Assembly (NCBI RefSeq): GCF_003334305.1
Contig: NZ_QOWS01000006.1
Length of the DNA: 64,000 bases
Direction: 5' to 3' (one strand)
From: Escherichia coli
GTDB taxonomy: Bacteria > Pseudomonadota > Gammaproteobacteria > Enterobacterales > Enterobacteriaceae
This document shows positions 29,365-46,569 of the stretch, piece by piece; positions within the stretch are counted from its first letter, which is position 1; each line of letters starts with the position of its first letter. The translations under genes and the position numbers were made by a program. The notes beneath the pieces were generated by a model. The model saw only the letters and a program-made list of their open reading frames with translations, had not been told where the DNA came from and did no database searches.

Positions 29365-30608
29365 TGCGTTTATCTCTCCCTCGCCTGAAAATGCCGCGCC
29401 TGCCAGGATTCAGTATCCTGGTCTGGATCTCCACGGCGCTAAAAGGCTGGGTGATGGGCTCGCGGGAAAAAGATACCGACAGCCTGATCATGTACGATCG
29501 CACCTTACTGTGGCTGACCTTCGGCCTTGCGGCGATTGGCTTTATCATGGTGACCTCGGCGTCAATGCCCATAGGGCAACGCTTAACCAACGATCCGTTC
29601 TTCTTCGCGAAGCGTGATGGCGTCTATCTGATCCTGGCATTCATTCTGGCGATCATTACGCTGCGTCTGCCGATGGAGTTCTGGCAACGCTACAGTGCCA
29701 CGATGCTGCTCGGATCTATCATCCTGCTGATGATCGTGCTGGTAGTGGGTAGCTCGGTTAAAGGGGCATCGCGTTGGATCGATCTCGGTTTGCTGCGTAT
29801 CCAGCCTGCGGAGCTGACAAAACTGTCGCTGTTTTGTTATATCGCCAACTATCTGGTGCGTAAAGGCGACGAAGTACGTAATAACCTGCGCGGCTTCCTG
29901 AAACCGATGGGCGTGATTCTGGTGTTGGCAGTGTTACTGCTGGCACAGCCAGACCTTGGTACGGTGGTGGTGTTGTTTGTGACTACGCTGGCGATGTTGT
30001 TCCTGGCGGGAGCGAAATTGTGGCAGTTCATTGCCATTATCGGTATGGGCATTTCAGCGGTTGTGTTGCTGATACTCGCCGAACCGTACCGTATCCGCCG
30101 TGTTACCGCATTCTGGAACCCGTGGGAAGATCCCTTTGGCAGCGGCTATCAGTTAACGCAATCGCTGATGGCGTTTGGTCGCGGCGAACTTTGGGGACAA
30201 GGTTTAGGTAACTCGGTACAAAAACTGGAGTATCTGCCGGAAGCGCACACTGACTTTATTTTCGCCATTATCGGCGAAGAACTGGGGTATGTCGGTGTGG
30301 TGCTGGCACTTTTAATGGTATTCTTCGTCGCTTTTCGCGCGATGTCGATTGGCCGCAAAGCGTTAGAAATTGACCACCGTTTTTCCGGTTTTCTCGCCTG
30401 TTCTATTGGCATCTGGTTTAGCTTCCAGGCGCTGGTTAACGTAGGCGCGGCGGCGGGGATGTTACCGACCAAAGGTCTGACATTGCCGCTGATCAGTTAC
30501 GGTGGTTCGAGCTTACTGATTATGTCGACAGCCATCATGATGCTGTTGCGTATTGATTATGAAACGCGTCTGGAGAAAGCGCAGGCGTTTGTACGAGGTT
30601 CACGATGA
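29364..30608 (+). CDS. ftsW: Peptidoglycan glycosyltransferase / lipid II flippase-family protein FtsW (SEDS)
   Basis: [53 protein letters not shown]..., 414 aa; start overlaps murD stop (TGATG). Confidence 0.95.
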
Positions 30609-31672
30609 GTGGTCAAGGAAAGCGATTAATGGTGATGGCAGGCGGAACCGGTGGACATGTATTCCCGGGACTGGCGGTTGCGCACCATCTAATGGCTCAG
30701 GGTTGGCAAGTTCGCTGGCTGGGGACTGCCGACCGTATGGAAGCGGACTTAGTGCCAAAACATGGCATCGAAATTGATTTCATTCGTATCTCTGGTCTGC
30801 GTGGAAAAGGTATAAAAGCACTGATAGCTGCGCCGCTGCGTATCTTCAACGCCTGGCGTCAGGCGCGGGCGATTATGAAAGCGTACAAACCTGACGTGGT
30901 ACTCGGTATGGGCGGCTATGTATCAGGTCCAGGTGGTCTGGCCGCGTGGTCGTTAGGCATTCCGGTTGTACTTCATGAACAAAACGGTATTGCGGGCTTA
31001 ACCAATAAATGGCTGGCGAAGATTGCCACCAAAGTGATGCAGGCGTTTCCAGGCGCTTTCCCTAATGCGGAAGTGGTGGGTAACCCGGTGCGTACCGATG
31101 TGCTGGCGCTGCCGTTGCCGCAGCAACGTTTGGCTGGACGTGAAGGTCCGGTTCGTGTGCTGGTAGTGGGTGGTTCCCAGGGCGCACGCATTCTTAACCA
31201 GACAATGCCGCAGGTTGCTGCGAAACTGGGTGATTCAGTCACTATCTGGCATCAGAGCGGTAAAGGTTCGCAACAATCCGTTGAACAGGCGTATGCCGAA
31301 GCGGGGCAACCGCAGCATAAAGTGACGGAATTTATTGATGATATGGCGGCGGCGTATGCGTGGGCGGATGTCGTCGTTTGCCGCTCCGGTGCTTTAACGG
31401 TGAGTGAAATCGCCGCGGCAGGACTACCGGCGTTGTTTGTGCCGTTTCAACATAAAGACCGCCAGCAATACTGGAATGCGCTACCGCTGGAAAAAGCGGG
31501 CGCAGCCAAAATTATCGAGCAGCCACAGCTTAGCGTGGATGCTGTCGCCAACACCCTGGCCGGGTGGTCGCGAGAAACCTTATTAACCATGGCAGAACGC
31601 GCCCGCGCTGCATCCATTCCGGATGCCACCGAGCGAGTGGCAAATGAAGTGAGCCGGGCTGCCCGGGCGTAA
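30605..31672 (+). CDS. murG: UDP-GlcNAc:lipid I GlcNAc transferase MurG
   Basis: 355 aa; [41 protein letters not shown]... Confidence 0.96.
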
Positions 31673-31725
31673 TTGTAGCGATGCCTTTTGCATCGTATGA
31701 ATTTAAGAAGTTAATGGCGTAAAGA

Positions 31726-34114
<2,389 letters not shown>

Positions 34115-34115
34115 T

Positions 34116-34946
34116 ATGTCGCAGGCTGCTCTGAACACGCGAAACAGTGAAGAAGAGGTTTCTTCTCGCCGCAATAATGGAACGCGTCTGGCGGGGATCC
34201 TTTTCCTGCTGACCGTTTTAACGACAGTGTTGGTGAGCGGCTGGGTCGTGTTGGGCTGGATGGAAGATGCGCAACGCCTGCCGCTCTCAAAGCTGGTGTT
34301 GACCGGTGAACGCCATTACACGCGTAATGACGATATCCGGCAGTCGATCCTGGCATTGGGTGAGCCGGGTACCTTTATGACCCAGGATGTCAACATCATT
34401 CAGACGCAAATAGAACAACGCCTGCCGTGGATTAAGCAGGTGAGCGTCAGAAAGCAGTGGCCTGATGAATTGAAGATTCATCTGGTTGAATATGTGCCGA
34501 TTGCGCGGTGGAATGATCAACACATGGTAGACGCGGAAGGAAACACCTTCAGCGTGCCGCCAGATCGCACCAGCAAGCAGGTGCTTCCAATGCTGTATGG
34601 CCCGGAAGGCAGCGCCAATGAAGTGTTGCAGGGCTATCGCGAAATGGGGCAGATGCTGGCAAAGGACAGATTTACTCTGAAGGAAGCGGCGATGACCGCG
34701 CGGCGTTCCTGGCAGTTGACGCTGAATAACGATATTAAGCTCAATCTTGGCCGGGGCGATACGATGAAACGTTTGGCTCGCTTTGTAGAACTTTATCCGG
34801 TTTTACAGCAGCAGGCGCAAACCGATGGCAAACGGATTAGCTACGTTGATTTGCGTTATGACTCTGGAGCGGCAGTAGGCTGGGCGCCCTTGCCGCCAGA
34901 GGAATCTACTCAGCAACAAAATCAGGCACAGGCAGAACAACAATGA
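34116..34946 (+). CDS. ftsQ: Cell division protein FtsQ
   Basis: 276 aa; single TM plus POTRA; [48 protein letters not shown]... Confidence 0.95.
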   Translation: MSQAALNTRNSEEEVSSRRNNGTRLAGILFLLTVLTTVLVSGWVVLGWMEDAQRLPLSKLVLTGERHYTRNDDIRQSILALGEPGTFMTQDVNIIQTQIEQRLPWIKQVSVRKQWPDELKIHLVEYVPIARWNDQHMVDAEGNTFSVPPDRTSKQVLPMLYGPEGSANEVLQGYREMGQMLAKDRFTLKEAAMTARRSWQLTLNNDIKLNLGRGDTMKRLARFVELYPVLQQQAQTDGKRISYVDLRYDSGAAVGWAPLPPEESTQQQNQAQAEQQ

Positions 34947-36205
34947 TCAAGGCGACGGACAGAAAACTGGTAGTAGGACTGGAGATTGGTACCGCGAAGG
35001 TTGCCGCTTTAGTAGGGGAAGTTCTGCCCGACGGTATGGTCAATATCATTGGCGTGGGCAGCTGCCCGTCACGTGGTATGGATAAAGGCGGGGTGAACGA
35101 CCTCGAATCCGTGGTCAAGTGCGTACAACGCGCCATTGACCAGGCAGAATTGATGGCAGATTGTCAGATCTCTTCGGTATATCTGGCGCTTTCTGGTAAG
35201 CACATCAGCTGCCAGAATGAAATTGGTATGGTGCCTATTTCTGAAGAAGAAGTGACGCAAGAAGATGTGGAAAACGTCGTCCATACCGCGAAATCGGTGC
35301 GTGTGCGCGATGAACATCGTGTGCTGCATGTGATCCCGCAAGAGTATGCGATTGACTATCAGGAAGGGATCAAGAATCCGGTAGGACTTTCGGGCGTGCG
35401 GATGCAGGCAAAAGTGCACCTGATCACATGTCACAACGATATGGCGAAAAACATCGTCAAAGCGGTTGAACGTTGTGGGCTGAAAGTTGACCAACTGATA
35501 TTTGCCGGACTGGCATCAAGTTATTCGGTATTGACGGAAGATGAACGTGAACTGGGTGTCTGCGTCGTCGATATCGGTGGTGGTACAATGGATATCGCCG
35601 TTTATACCGGTGGGGCATTGCGCCACACTAAGGTAATTCCTTATGCTGGCAATGTCGTGACCAGTGATATCGCTTACGCCTTTGGCACGCCGCCAAGCGA
35701 CGCCGAAGCGATTAAAGTTCGCCACGGTTGTGCGCTGGGTTCCATCGTTGGAAAAGATGAGAGCGTGGAAGTGCCGAGCGTAGGCGGTCGTCCGCCACGG
35801 AGTCTGCAACGTCAGACCCTGGCAGAGGTGATCGAGCCGCGCTATACCGAGCTGCTCAACCTGGTCAACGAAGAGATATTGCAGTTGCAGGAAAAGCTTC
35901 GCCAACAAGGGGTTAAACATCACCTGGCGGCAGGCATTGTATTAACCGGTGGCGCAGCGCAGATCGAAGGTCTTGCAGCCTGTGCTCAGCGCGTGTTTCA
36001 TACGCAAGTGCGTATCGGCGCGCCGCTGAACATTACCGGTTTAACGGATTATGCTCAGGAGCCGTATTATTCGACGGCGGTGGGATTGCTTCACTATGGG
36101 AAAGAGTCACATCTTAACGGTGAAGCTGAAGTAGAAAAACGTGTTACAGCATCAGTTGGCTCGTGGATCAAGCGACTCAATAGTTGGCTGCGAAAAGAGT
36201 TTTAA
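34943..36205 (+). CDS. ftsA: Cell division protein FtsA (actin-like ATPase)
   Basis: 420 aa; [57 protein letters not shown]... Confidence 0.97.
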   Translation: MIKATDRKLVVGLEIGTAKVAALVGEVLPDGMVNIIGVGSCPSRGMDKGGVNDLESVVKCVQRAIDQAELMADCQISSVYLALSGKHISCQNEIGMVPISEEEVTQEDVENVVHTAKSVRVRDEHRVLHVIPQEYAIDYQEGIKNPVGLSGVRMQAKVHLITCHNDMAKNIVKAVERCGLKVDQLIFAGLASSYSVLTEDERELGVCVVDIGGGTMDIAVYTGGALRHTKVIPYAGNVVTSDIAYAFGTPPSDAEAIKVRHGCALGSIVGKDESVEVPSVGGRPPRSLQRQTLAEVIEPRYTELLNLVNEEILQLQEKLRQQGVKHHLAAGIVLTGGAAQIEGLAACAQRVFHTQVRIGAPLNITGLTDYAQEPYYSTAVGLLHYGKESHLNGEAEVEKRVTASVGSWIKRLNSWLRKEF

Positions 36206-36265
36206 TTTTTATGAGGCCGACGATGATTACGGCCTCAGGCGACAGGCACAAATCGGAGAGAAACT

Positions 36266-37417
36266 ATGTTTGAACCAATGGAACTTACCAATGACGCGGT
36301 GATTAAAGTCATCGGCGTCGGCGGCGGCGGCGGTAATGCTGTTGAACACATGGTGCGCGAGCGCATTGAAGGTGTTGAATTCTTCGCGGTAAATACCGAT
36401 GCACAAGCGCTGCGTAAAACAGCGGTTGGACAGACGATTCAAATCGGTAGCGGTATCACCAAAGGACTGGGCGCTGGCGCTAATCCAGAAGTTGGCCGCA
36501 ATGCGGCTGATGAGGATCGCGATGCATTGCGTGCGGCGCTGGAAGGTGCAGACATGGTCTTTATTGCTGCGGGTATGGGTGGTGGTACCGGTACAGGTGC
36601 AGCACCAGTCGTCGCTGAAGTGGCAAAAGATTTGGGTATCCTGACCGTTGCTGTCGTCACTAAGCCTTTCAACTTTGAAGGCAAGAAGCGTATGGCATTC
36701 GCGGAGCAGGGGATCACTGAACTGTCCAAGCATGTGGACTCTCTGATCACTATCCCGAACGACAAACTGCTGAAAGTTCTGGGCCGCGGTATCTCCCTGC
36801 TGGATGCGTTTGGCGCAGCGAACGATGTACTGAAAGGCGCTGTGCAAGGTATCGCTGAACTGATTACTCGTCCGGGTTTGATGAACGTGGACTTTGCAGA
36901 CGTACGCACCGTAATGTCTGAGATGGGCTACGCAATGATGGGTTCTGGCGTGGCGAGCGGTGAAGACCGTGCGGAAGAAGCTGCTGAAATGGCTATCTCT
37001 TCTCCGCTGCTGGAAGATATCGACCTGTCTGGCGCGCGCGGCGTGCTGGTTAACATCACGGCGGGCTTCGACCTGCGTCTGGATGAGTTCGAAACGGTAG
37101 GTAACACCATCCGTGCATTTGCTTCCGACAACGCGACTGTGGTTATCGGTACTTCTCTTGACCCGGATATGAATGACGAGCTGCGCGTAACCGTTGTTGC
37201 GACAGGTATCGGCATGGACAAACGTCCTGAAATCACTCTGGTGACCAATAAGCAGGTTCAGCAGCCAGTGATGGATCGCTACCAGCAGCATGGGATGGCT
37301 CCGCTGACCCAGGAGCAGAAGCCGGTTGCTAAAGTCGTGAATGACAATGCGCCGCAAACTGCGAAAGAGCCGGATTATCTGGATATCCCAGCATTCCTGC
37401 GTAAGCAAGCTGATTAA
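36266..37417 (+). CDS. ftsZ: Cell division GTPase FtsZ
   Basis: 383 aa; tubulin signature GGGTGTG (…[20 protein letters not shown]…). Confidence 0.98.
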
Positions 37418-37496
37418 GAATTGACTGGAATTTGGGTTTCGAGGCTCTTTGTGCTAAACTGGCCCGCCGAATGTATAGTACACTTCGGTTGGATAG

Positions 37497-38435
<939 letters not shown>

Positions 38436-38497
38436 CGACATTTATACTGTCGTATAAAATTCGACTGGCAAATCTGGCACTCTCTCCGGCCAGGTGA

Positions 38498-39178
<681 letters not shown>

Positions 39179-39239
39179 CAACAATAAACCTTTACTTCAT
39201 TTTATTAACTCCGCAACGCGGGGCGTTTGAGATTTTATT

Positions 39240-41945
39240 ATGCTAATCAAATTGTTAACTAAAGTTTTCGGTAGTCGTAACGATCGCACCCTGCGCCGGA
39301 TGCGCAAAGTGGTCAACATCATCAATGCCATGGAACCGGAGATGGAAAAACTCTCCGACGAAGAACTGAAAGGGAAAACCGCAGAGTTTCGTGCACGTCT
39401 GGAAAAAGGCGAAGTGCTGGAAAATCTGATCCCGGAAGCTTTCGCCGTGGTACGTGAGGCAAGTAAGCGCGTCTTTGGTATGCGTCACTTCGACGTTCAG
39501 TTACTCGGCGGTATGGTTCTTAACGAACGCTGCATCGCCGAAATGCGTACCGGTGAAGGTAAAACCCTGACCGCAACGCTGCCTGCTTACCTGAACGCAC
39601 TAACCGGTAAAGGCGTGCACGTAGTTACCGTCAACGACTACCTGGCGCAACGTGACGCCGAAAACAACCGTCCGCTGTTTGAATTCCTTGGCCTGACTGT
39701 CGGTATCAACCTGCCGGGCATGCCAGCACCGGCAAAGCGCGAAGCTTACGCATCTGACATCACTTACGGTACGAACAACGAATACGGCTTTGACTACCTG
39801 CGCGACAATATGGCGTTCAGCCCTGAAGAACGTGTACAGCGTAAACTGCACTATGCGCTGGTGGACGAAGTGGACTCCATCCTGATCGATGAAGCGCGTA
39901 CACCGCTGATCATTTCCGGCCCGGCAGAAGACAGCTCGGAAATGTATAAACGCGTGAATAAAATTATTCCGCACCTGATCCGTCAGGAAAAAGAAGACTC
40001 CGAAACCTTCCAGGGCGAAGGCCACTTCTCGGTGGACGAAAAATCTCGCCAGGTGAACCTGACCGAACGTGGTCTGGTGCTGATTGAAGAACTGCTGGTG
40101 AAAGAGGGCATCATGGATGAAGGGGAGTCTCTGTACTCTCCGGCCAACATCATGCTGATGCACCACGTAACGGCGGCGCTGCGCGCTCATGCGCTGTTTA
40201 CCCGCGACGTCGACTACATCGTTAAAGATGGTGAAGTTATCATCGTTGACGAACACACCGGTCGTACCATGCAGGGCCGTCGCTGGTCCGATGGTCTGCA
40301 CCAGGCTGTGGAAGCGAAAGAAGGTGTGCAGATCCAGAACGAAAACCAAACGCTGGCTTCGATCACCTTCCAGAACTACTTCCGTCTGTATGAAAAACTG
40401 GCGGGGATGACCGGTACTGCTGATACCGAAGCTTTCGAATTTAGCTCCATCTACAAGCTGGATACCGTCGTTGTTCCGACCAACCGTCCAATGATTCGTA
40501 AAGATCTGCCGGACCTGGTCTACATGACTGAAGCGGAAAAAATTCAGGCGATCATTGAAGATATCAAAGAACGTACTGCGAAAGGCCAGCCGGTGCTGGT
40601 GGGTACTATCTCCATCGAAAAATCGGAGCTGGTGTCAAACGAACTGACCAAAGCCGGTATTAAGCACAACGTCCTGAACGCCAAATTCCACGCCAACGAA
40701 GCGGCGATTGTTGCTCAGGCAGGTTATCCGGCTGCGGTGACTATCGCGACCAATATGGCGGGTCGTGGTACAGATATTGTGCTCGGTGGTAGCTGGCAGG
40801 CAGAAGTTGCCGCGCTGGAAAATCCGACCGTAGAGCAAATTGAAAAAATTAAAGCCGACTGGCAGGTACGTCACGATGCGGTACTGGAAGCAGGTGGCCT
40901 GCATATCATCGGTACCGAGCGTCACGAATCCCGTCGTATCGATAACCAGTTGCGCGGTCGTTCTGGTCGTCAGGGGGATGCTGGTTCTTCCCGTTTCTAC
41001 CTGTCGATGGAAGATGCGCTGATGCGTATTTTTGCTTCCGACCGAGTATCCGGCATGATGCGTAAACTGGGTATGAAGCCAGGCGAAGCCATTGAACACC
41101 CGTGGGTGACTAAAGCGATTGCCAACGCCCAGCGTAAAGTTGAAAGCCGTAACTTCGACATTCGTAAGCAACTGCTGGAATATGATGACGTGGCTAACGA
41201 TCAGCGTCGCGCCATTTACTCCCAGCGTAACGAACTGCTGGATGTCAGCGATGTGAGCGAAACCATCAACAGCATTCGTGAAGATGTGTTCAAAGCGACC
41301 ATTGATGCCTACATTCCGCCACAGTCACTGGAAGAAATGTGGGATATTCCGGGGCTGCAGGAACGTCTGAAGAACGATTTCGACCTCGATTTGCCAATTG
41401 CCGAGTGGCTGGATAAAGAACCAGAACTGCATGAAGAGACGCTGCGTGAGCGAATTCTGGCGCAGTCCATCGAAGTGTATCAGCGTAAAGAAGAAGTGGT
41501 TGGTGCTGAGATGATGCGTCACTTCGAGAAAGGCGTCATGCTGCAAACGCTTGACTCCCTGTGGAAAGAGCACCTGGCAGCGATGGACTATCTGCGTCAG
41601 GGTATCCACCTGCGTGGCTATGCACAGAAAGATCCGAAGCAGGAATACAAACGTGAATCGTTCTCCATGTTTGCAGCGATGCTGGAGTCGTTAAAATATG
41701 AAGTTATCAGCACGCTGAGCAAAGTCCAGGTACGTATGCCTGAAGAGGTTGAGGAGCTGGAACAACAGCGTCGTATGGAAGCCGAGCGTTTAGCGCAAAT
41801 GCAGCAGCTTAGCCATCAGGATGACGACTCTGCAGCCGCAGCTGCACTGGCGGCGCAAACCGGTGAGCGCAAAGTAGGACGTAACGATCCTTGCCCGTGC
41901 GGTTCTGGTAAAAAATACAAGCAGTGCCATGGTCGCCTGCAATAA
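39240..41945 (+). CDS. secA: Preprotein translocase ATPase SecA
   Basis: 901 aa; [47 protein letters not shown]...; C-terminal zinc-binding [14 protein letters not shown]. Confidence 0.98.
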   Translation: MLIKLLTKVFGSRNDRTLRRMRKVVNIINAMEPEMEKLSDEELKGKTAEFRARLEKGEVLENLIPEAFAVVREASKRVFGMRHFDVQLLGGMVLNERCIAEMRTGEGKTLTATLPAYLNALTGKGVHVVTVNDYLAQRDAENNRPLFEFLGLTVGINLPGMPAPAKREAYASDITYGTNNEYGFDYLRDNMAFSPEERVQRKLHYALVDEVDSILIDEARTPLIISGPAEDSSEMYKRVNKIIPHLIRQEKEDSETFQGEGHFSVDEKSRQVNLTERGLVLIEELLVKEGIMDEGESLYSPANIMLMHHVTAALRAHALFTRDVDYIVKDGEVIIVDEHTGRTMQGRRWSDGLHQAVEAKEGVQIQNENQTLASITFQNYFRLYEKLAGMTGTADTEAFEFSSIYKLDTVVVPTNRPMIRKDLPDLVYMTEAEKIQAIIEDIKERTAKGQPVLVGTISIEKSELVSNELTKAGIKHNVLNAKFHANEAAIVAQAGYPAAVTIATNMAGRGTDIVLGGSWQAEVAALENPTVEQIEKIKADWQVRHDAVLEAGGLHIIGTERHESRRIDNQLRGRSGRQGDAGSSRFYLSMEDALMRIFASDRVSGMMRKLGMKPGEAIEHPWVTKAIANAQRKVESRNFDIRKQLLEYDDVANDQRRAIYSQRNELLDVSDVSETINSIREDVFKATIDAYIPPQSLEEMWDIPGLQERLKNDFDLDLPIAEWLDKEPELHEETLRERILAQSIEVYQRKEEVVGAEMMRHFEKGVMLQTLDSLWKEHLAAMDYLRQGIHLRGYAQKDPKQEYKRESFSMFAAMLESLKYEVISTLSKVQVRMPEEVEELEQQRRMEAERLAQMQQLSHQDDDSAAAAALAAQTGERKVGRNDPCPCGSGKKYKQCHGRLQ

Positions 41946-41962
41946 AAGCTAACAGTTGAAGT

Positions 41963-41991
41963 AAAAGGCGCAGGATTCTGCGCCTTTTTTA
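41963..41991 (+). terminator. Intrinsic terminator-like hairpin after secA, upstream of mutT
   Basis: ggcgcag-gattc-tgcgcc followed by a T6 run, 14 nt before the mutT ATG. Confidence 0.65.
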
Positions 41992-42004
41992 TAGGTTTAA
42001 GACA

Positions 42005-42480
<476 letters not shown>

Positions 42481-42493
42481 CATCAGACAAATG

Positions 42494-42691
42494 TCACTGC
42501 TTTGGCTCTTCGCTCCAGTCATCGCTTTCGGAAAGATCGCCACTGCTGGGGATTCGTTTTTCTTCAGCAGCCCATTCTCCGAGGTCGATCAGCTGACAAC
42601 GTTTGGAGCAAAATGGCCGAAACGGGCTGATTTCACCCCACACCACCGTTTTCCCGCAGGTTGGGCAATTCACCGTAATAGTTTCTGACAT
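42494..42691 (-). CDS. yacG: DNA gyrase inhibitor YacG (zinc-finger protein)
   Basis: [50 protein letters not shown]... (C4 zinc finger CPTC...CSKRC). The ORF track offers a start 2 codons upstream (42697); either is possible. Confidence 0.88.
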
Positions 42692-42700
42692 TTTCACTCC

Positions 42701-43444
42701 TTAGCAACAGGCCAGTTCGAAATCCAGACGTTCCGGTACCTGTCCGTTTTCAGTGTCCAGCGGCATAAAACGAATGGCAAAACGGCTCTTATGTCCGGAA
42801 ATTTGCGGATAAAGCTGTGAATCGAGCGACAGATTCAGGCGCAGCAAGTCGGCATCGCCACCGTTATCCTGATAAAAACCATTCAGGCTGGTTTGTTTAC
42901 GGAAGGGGGCCGACTGGCGAATTAAATCCAGCACCATGGTAAGTGCCTGGGTGAGCGGGTTCAGGCTGGCAATCCAGGTTTCTACCTGGCTGTCGCGCTG
43001 CGCCTGGGGTAGATGCAGCCAAATGTGCAATGTAGGTAAATCAAAGCTGCAACAGCCGCCTGGGATGCTCAGTCGCTGACGCACCAGAGCAATCAAACGA
43101 TCTTCACGCAGAAATTGCCCGATACGCGGCGCGGAAATTAATACGCTCCCCGCCGCTTTTAACTGCTGAATTAATGCTTCAATACGGCTCTGGTCCACGC
43201 CAGGCACGCCAATCCAGGTCTGGAGTTTACGTTGCTGCCGGTCAAGTTCTTTCAACAGCTCAGTGCGGACTTCGCCGCGCTCGAAAACATCCAGTAATTC
43301 ACTGACATTACGGAAGAAATGCAGCGCGCCAGCGTGGTCAACGATGGGTAAATTAACGGTGAGTTGCTGAATCAAAAACTCAATGCGCAGCCATGTACGC
43401 ATTTTTTCATTTAGTGGATGTTCAAAAAGGACCTGGGTCTGCAT
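42701..43444 (-). CDS. zapD: Cell division factor ZapD (YacF)
   Basis: 247 aa; [57 protein letters not shown]... Confidence 0.93.
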
Positions 43445-44064
43445 TACGGTTTTTCCTGTGAGACAAACTGCGACGCAAGCTGCAAATAGTGTGCGTGCAG
43501 GCGGGCAACATCCGATGCGATAGCATCCGGTGCGCCGTTATTATCAATGACGTCATCTGCCACGGCAAGGCGGGCTTCGCGCGTTGCCTGAGCAGCAAGG
43601 ATTTGTTCGACATGCTCGCGAGTTACATCATCGCGCTGCATGGTGCGCTTAAGTTGCGTTTCTGGGCTGACATCCACCACCAGCACTCGATTCGCTTTTT
43701 TATACAGTGAGTTTTCTACCAGCAATGGCACAACCCACAGTACATAGGGGGAAGTAGCTTGCTGGATCTGGTGTTGCGTCTCTTGCTGAATCAGCGGATG
43801 CAGCAGGGCGTTAAGCCAGTTTTTCTCTTCCGGGTTGGCGAAGATCCGCTCGCGCAAGGCCCGGCGCTGCAATGTTCCATCAGCAGCAATCATGTTAGCG
43901 CCAAAGTGATCAGCAATGGCATGTAGCGCAGGTGCACCTGGTTCAACCACCTGACGCGCAATAATATCGGCATCAATGACGTTAATTCCGAGATCAGCAA
44001 ACGCATTGGCAACGGTACTCTTGCCACTGCCAATGCCTCCCGTTAAGGCAACTATATACCTCAT
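43444..44064 (-). CDS. coaE: Dephospho-CoA kinase CoaE
   Basis: 206 aa; P-loop [38 protein letters not shown]...; overlaps zapD start by 1 nt. Confidence 0.95.
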
Positions 44065-44288
44065 AATTTATATTCCCGGGAATTCATCATGATTATCAAA
44101 ACGTTAAAAATGAGTGCACGAAAGCGAAATTGATGAAACGTTCGCTCACTATTTACCAGGTAAATTTATGGGATTGTAGCGTAAAAAAAGACAATTTCGC
44201 AGTCTTGCGCCGCATTGATTAGTGCGTATGATAGCGTCACTGGAGTTGCGCTCTTACCCTTATAGCCATTAACCCCAGGAATCCGCAC

Positions 44289-45332
44289 ATGCGTATTGAA
44301 GAAGATCTGAAGTTAGGTTTTAAAGACGTTCTCATCCGCCCTAAACGCTCCACTCTTAAAAGCCGTTCCGATGTTGAACTGGAACGTCAATTCACCTTCA
44401 AACATTCAGGTCAGAGCTGGTCCGGCGTGCCGATTATCGCCGCAAATATGGACACCGTAGGTACATTTTCTATGGCCTCTGCGCTGGCTTCTTTTGATAT
44501 TTTGACTGCTGTGCATAAACACTATTCTGTCGAAGAGTGGCAAGCGTTTATCAACAATTCTTCCGCTGATGTGCTGAAACATGTGATGGTTTCTACCGGT
44601 ACGTCTGATGCGGATTTCGAAAAAACTAAACAGATTCTCGACCTGAACCCGGCATTAAACTTCGTTTGTATTGATGTGGCGAATGGTTATTCCGAACACT
44701 TCGTGCAGTTCGTTGCGAAAGCGCGTGAAGCGTGGCCGACCAAAACCATTTGTGCGGGCAACGTAGTGACTGGTGAAATGTGTGAGGAGCTTATCCTCTC
44801 CGGTGCTGATATCGTTAAAGTTGGCATTGGCCCAGGTTCTGTTTGTACAACTCGTGTCAAAACAGGCGTCGGTTATCCGCAGCTTTCTGCGGTAATCGAA
44901 TGTGCCGATGCGGCGCACGGTCTGGGCGGAATGATCGTCAGCGACGGTGGCTGCACCACGCCGGGCGATGTCGCGAAAGCCTTTGGCGGCGGTGCCGATT
45001 TCGTCATGCTTGGCGGCATGCTGGCGGGCCACGAAGAGAGCGGCGGTCGCATCGTTGAGGAGAACGGCGAGAAATTTATGCTGTTCTACGGCATGAGCTC
45101 CGAGTCTGCGATGAAACGTCACGTTGGCGGCGTTGCGGAATATCGCGCAGCAGAAGGTAAAACCGTTAAGCTGCCGCTGCGAGGCCCGGTTGAAAATACC
45201 GCGCGTGATATTTTGGGCGGCTTGCGTTCAGCTTGTACATACGTTGGGGCTTCACGCCTGAAAGAACTGACCAAGCGCACCACGTTTATTCGGGTGCAGG
45301 AACAAGAAAACCGCATCTTCAACAACCTGTAA
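44289..45332 (+). CDS. guaC: GMP reductase GuaC
   Basis: 347 aa; [60 protein letters not shown]... (IMPDH/GMPR family). Confidence 0.96.
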
Positions 45333-45338
45333 TCTCCC

Positions 45339-45368
45339 AACGCTGGCGTGGAGCAACACGCCAGCGTT
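45339..45368. terminator. Hairpin between convergent guaC and hofC (candidate bidirectional terminator)
   Basis: aacgctggcgtg-gagcaa-cacgccagcgtt, a 12-bp perfect stem; overlaps the hofC 3' end; no strong T-run. Confidence 0.5.
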
Positions 45369-46569
45369 ATCCCATCCCACTCATCGCATCGCCTAAATGG
45401 AAAATTGGCAGATACATCGCCACCACCAGCGTACCGATAATTCCTCCCGTTATGATCAGCAACGCCGGTTCCAGTAAGGCTGCGAGGTTATCCGCCAGCG
45501 CCATTGTGTTATCCCGATGATGATGGGCGAGGTTGTCTAACATGAGATCCAGCGAGCCGGATGCCTCTCCCGTTCTCACTAATTGCAAACAGAGCGGGCT
45601 AAACTCACCGGCATTTTTTAGCGCCAGCCAGATGGGATGACCGTTACTGATATCGTGCTGGATTTGTGTCAGAAGTTGCACCCAGTACGGGCAGCGCATT
45701 GTTTCTCTGACGCTCTCTACGCCCTGTAAAAAAGTAATGCCTGCACTTTGTGTCAGCGCCAGAATCGTAAAGATCTGCGTGAGTTTTTGTCCCCTCATCA
45801 GTGAACCCATAATCGGGATTCGTAACAACAATTTCTGCCGCGCGATAAGCCAGGTAGGTCGGCGCATCAGCAACTTATTGGCTATCGCCAGCAGAAAGCC
45901 GAACAACACCAGCAGCCAGCTCCATTCGCCACTAAAGTCTGCCAGCGTCATGATCCCCTGCGTTAGTGCCGGTAGTGGGGTGTTGAAGGTCTTATAGATA
46001 GCGGCAAACTCCGGCAGAACAAAATGCAGCATTGCCACAACCACCATGATTGCCATCGCTAAAATGATGATGGGATAACGTAACGCTGATTTCACTTTGT
46101 CGGTCAACTGACGCTGGGCTTTTTGCTGACGCGCCAGTTCAAAGCAGCATTCATCCAGCTTACCGGTCAGTTCACCCGTGCGGATCATCGCCTGATAGAG
46201 TGGCGGAAATACCTCTGACCAGGGTAATAAGGCATTGGAAAAAGCAATGCCCTGTTCGAGATCGTGCGCCAGCGATTGCAGCAACGCTTGCCATTGCTTA
46301 CAGGGATGCTGTTCCGCCAGCAGTGCCAGCCCTTCAGAAAGCGTTAACCCGGCTTTGAGTAGCGTCGCCAGTTGATGAATGACTTCCGCGCTTTTATCTC
46401 CTCGCCACTGCGCAGAATTGATGGCGATTCGCTTCAGGCTAAGTGGGGTAACCATCTGTTGCTGTAGTGCCATGAGCAGCAAAGCACGGCTCTCTGCCCA
46501 TAGCATCCCATCTTGCGCATTGCCGTCGCCGGTTATGCCATGCCAGCGCCAGAGTTGCTTACTCGCCAT
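45367..46569 (-). CDS. hofC: Type IV pilus / type II secretion platform protein HofC (GspF/PilC family)
   Basis: 400-aa polytopic protein; third gene of the ppdD-hofB-hofC operon. Confidence 0.92.
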   Translation of the reverse strand: MASKQLWRWHGITGDGNAQDGMLWAESRALLLMALQQQMVTPLSLKRIAINSAQWRGDKSAEVIHQLATLLKAGLTLSEGLALLAEQHPCKQWQALLQSLAHDLEQGIAFSNALLPWSEVFPPLYQAMIRTGELTGKLDECCFELARQQKAQRQLTDKVKSALRYPIIILAMAIMVVVAMLHFVLPEFAAIYKTFNTPLPALTQGIMTLADFSGEWSWLLVLFGFLLAIANKLLMRRPTWLIARQKLLLRIPIMGSLMRGQKLTQIFTILALTQSAGITFLQGVESVRETMRCPYWVQLLTQIQHDISNGHPIWLALKNAGEFSPLCLQLVRTGEASGSLDLMLDNLAHHHRDNTMALADNLAALLEPALLIITGGIIGTLVVAMYLPIFHLGDAMSGMG

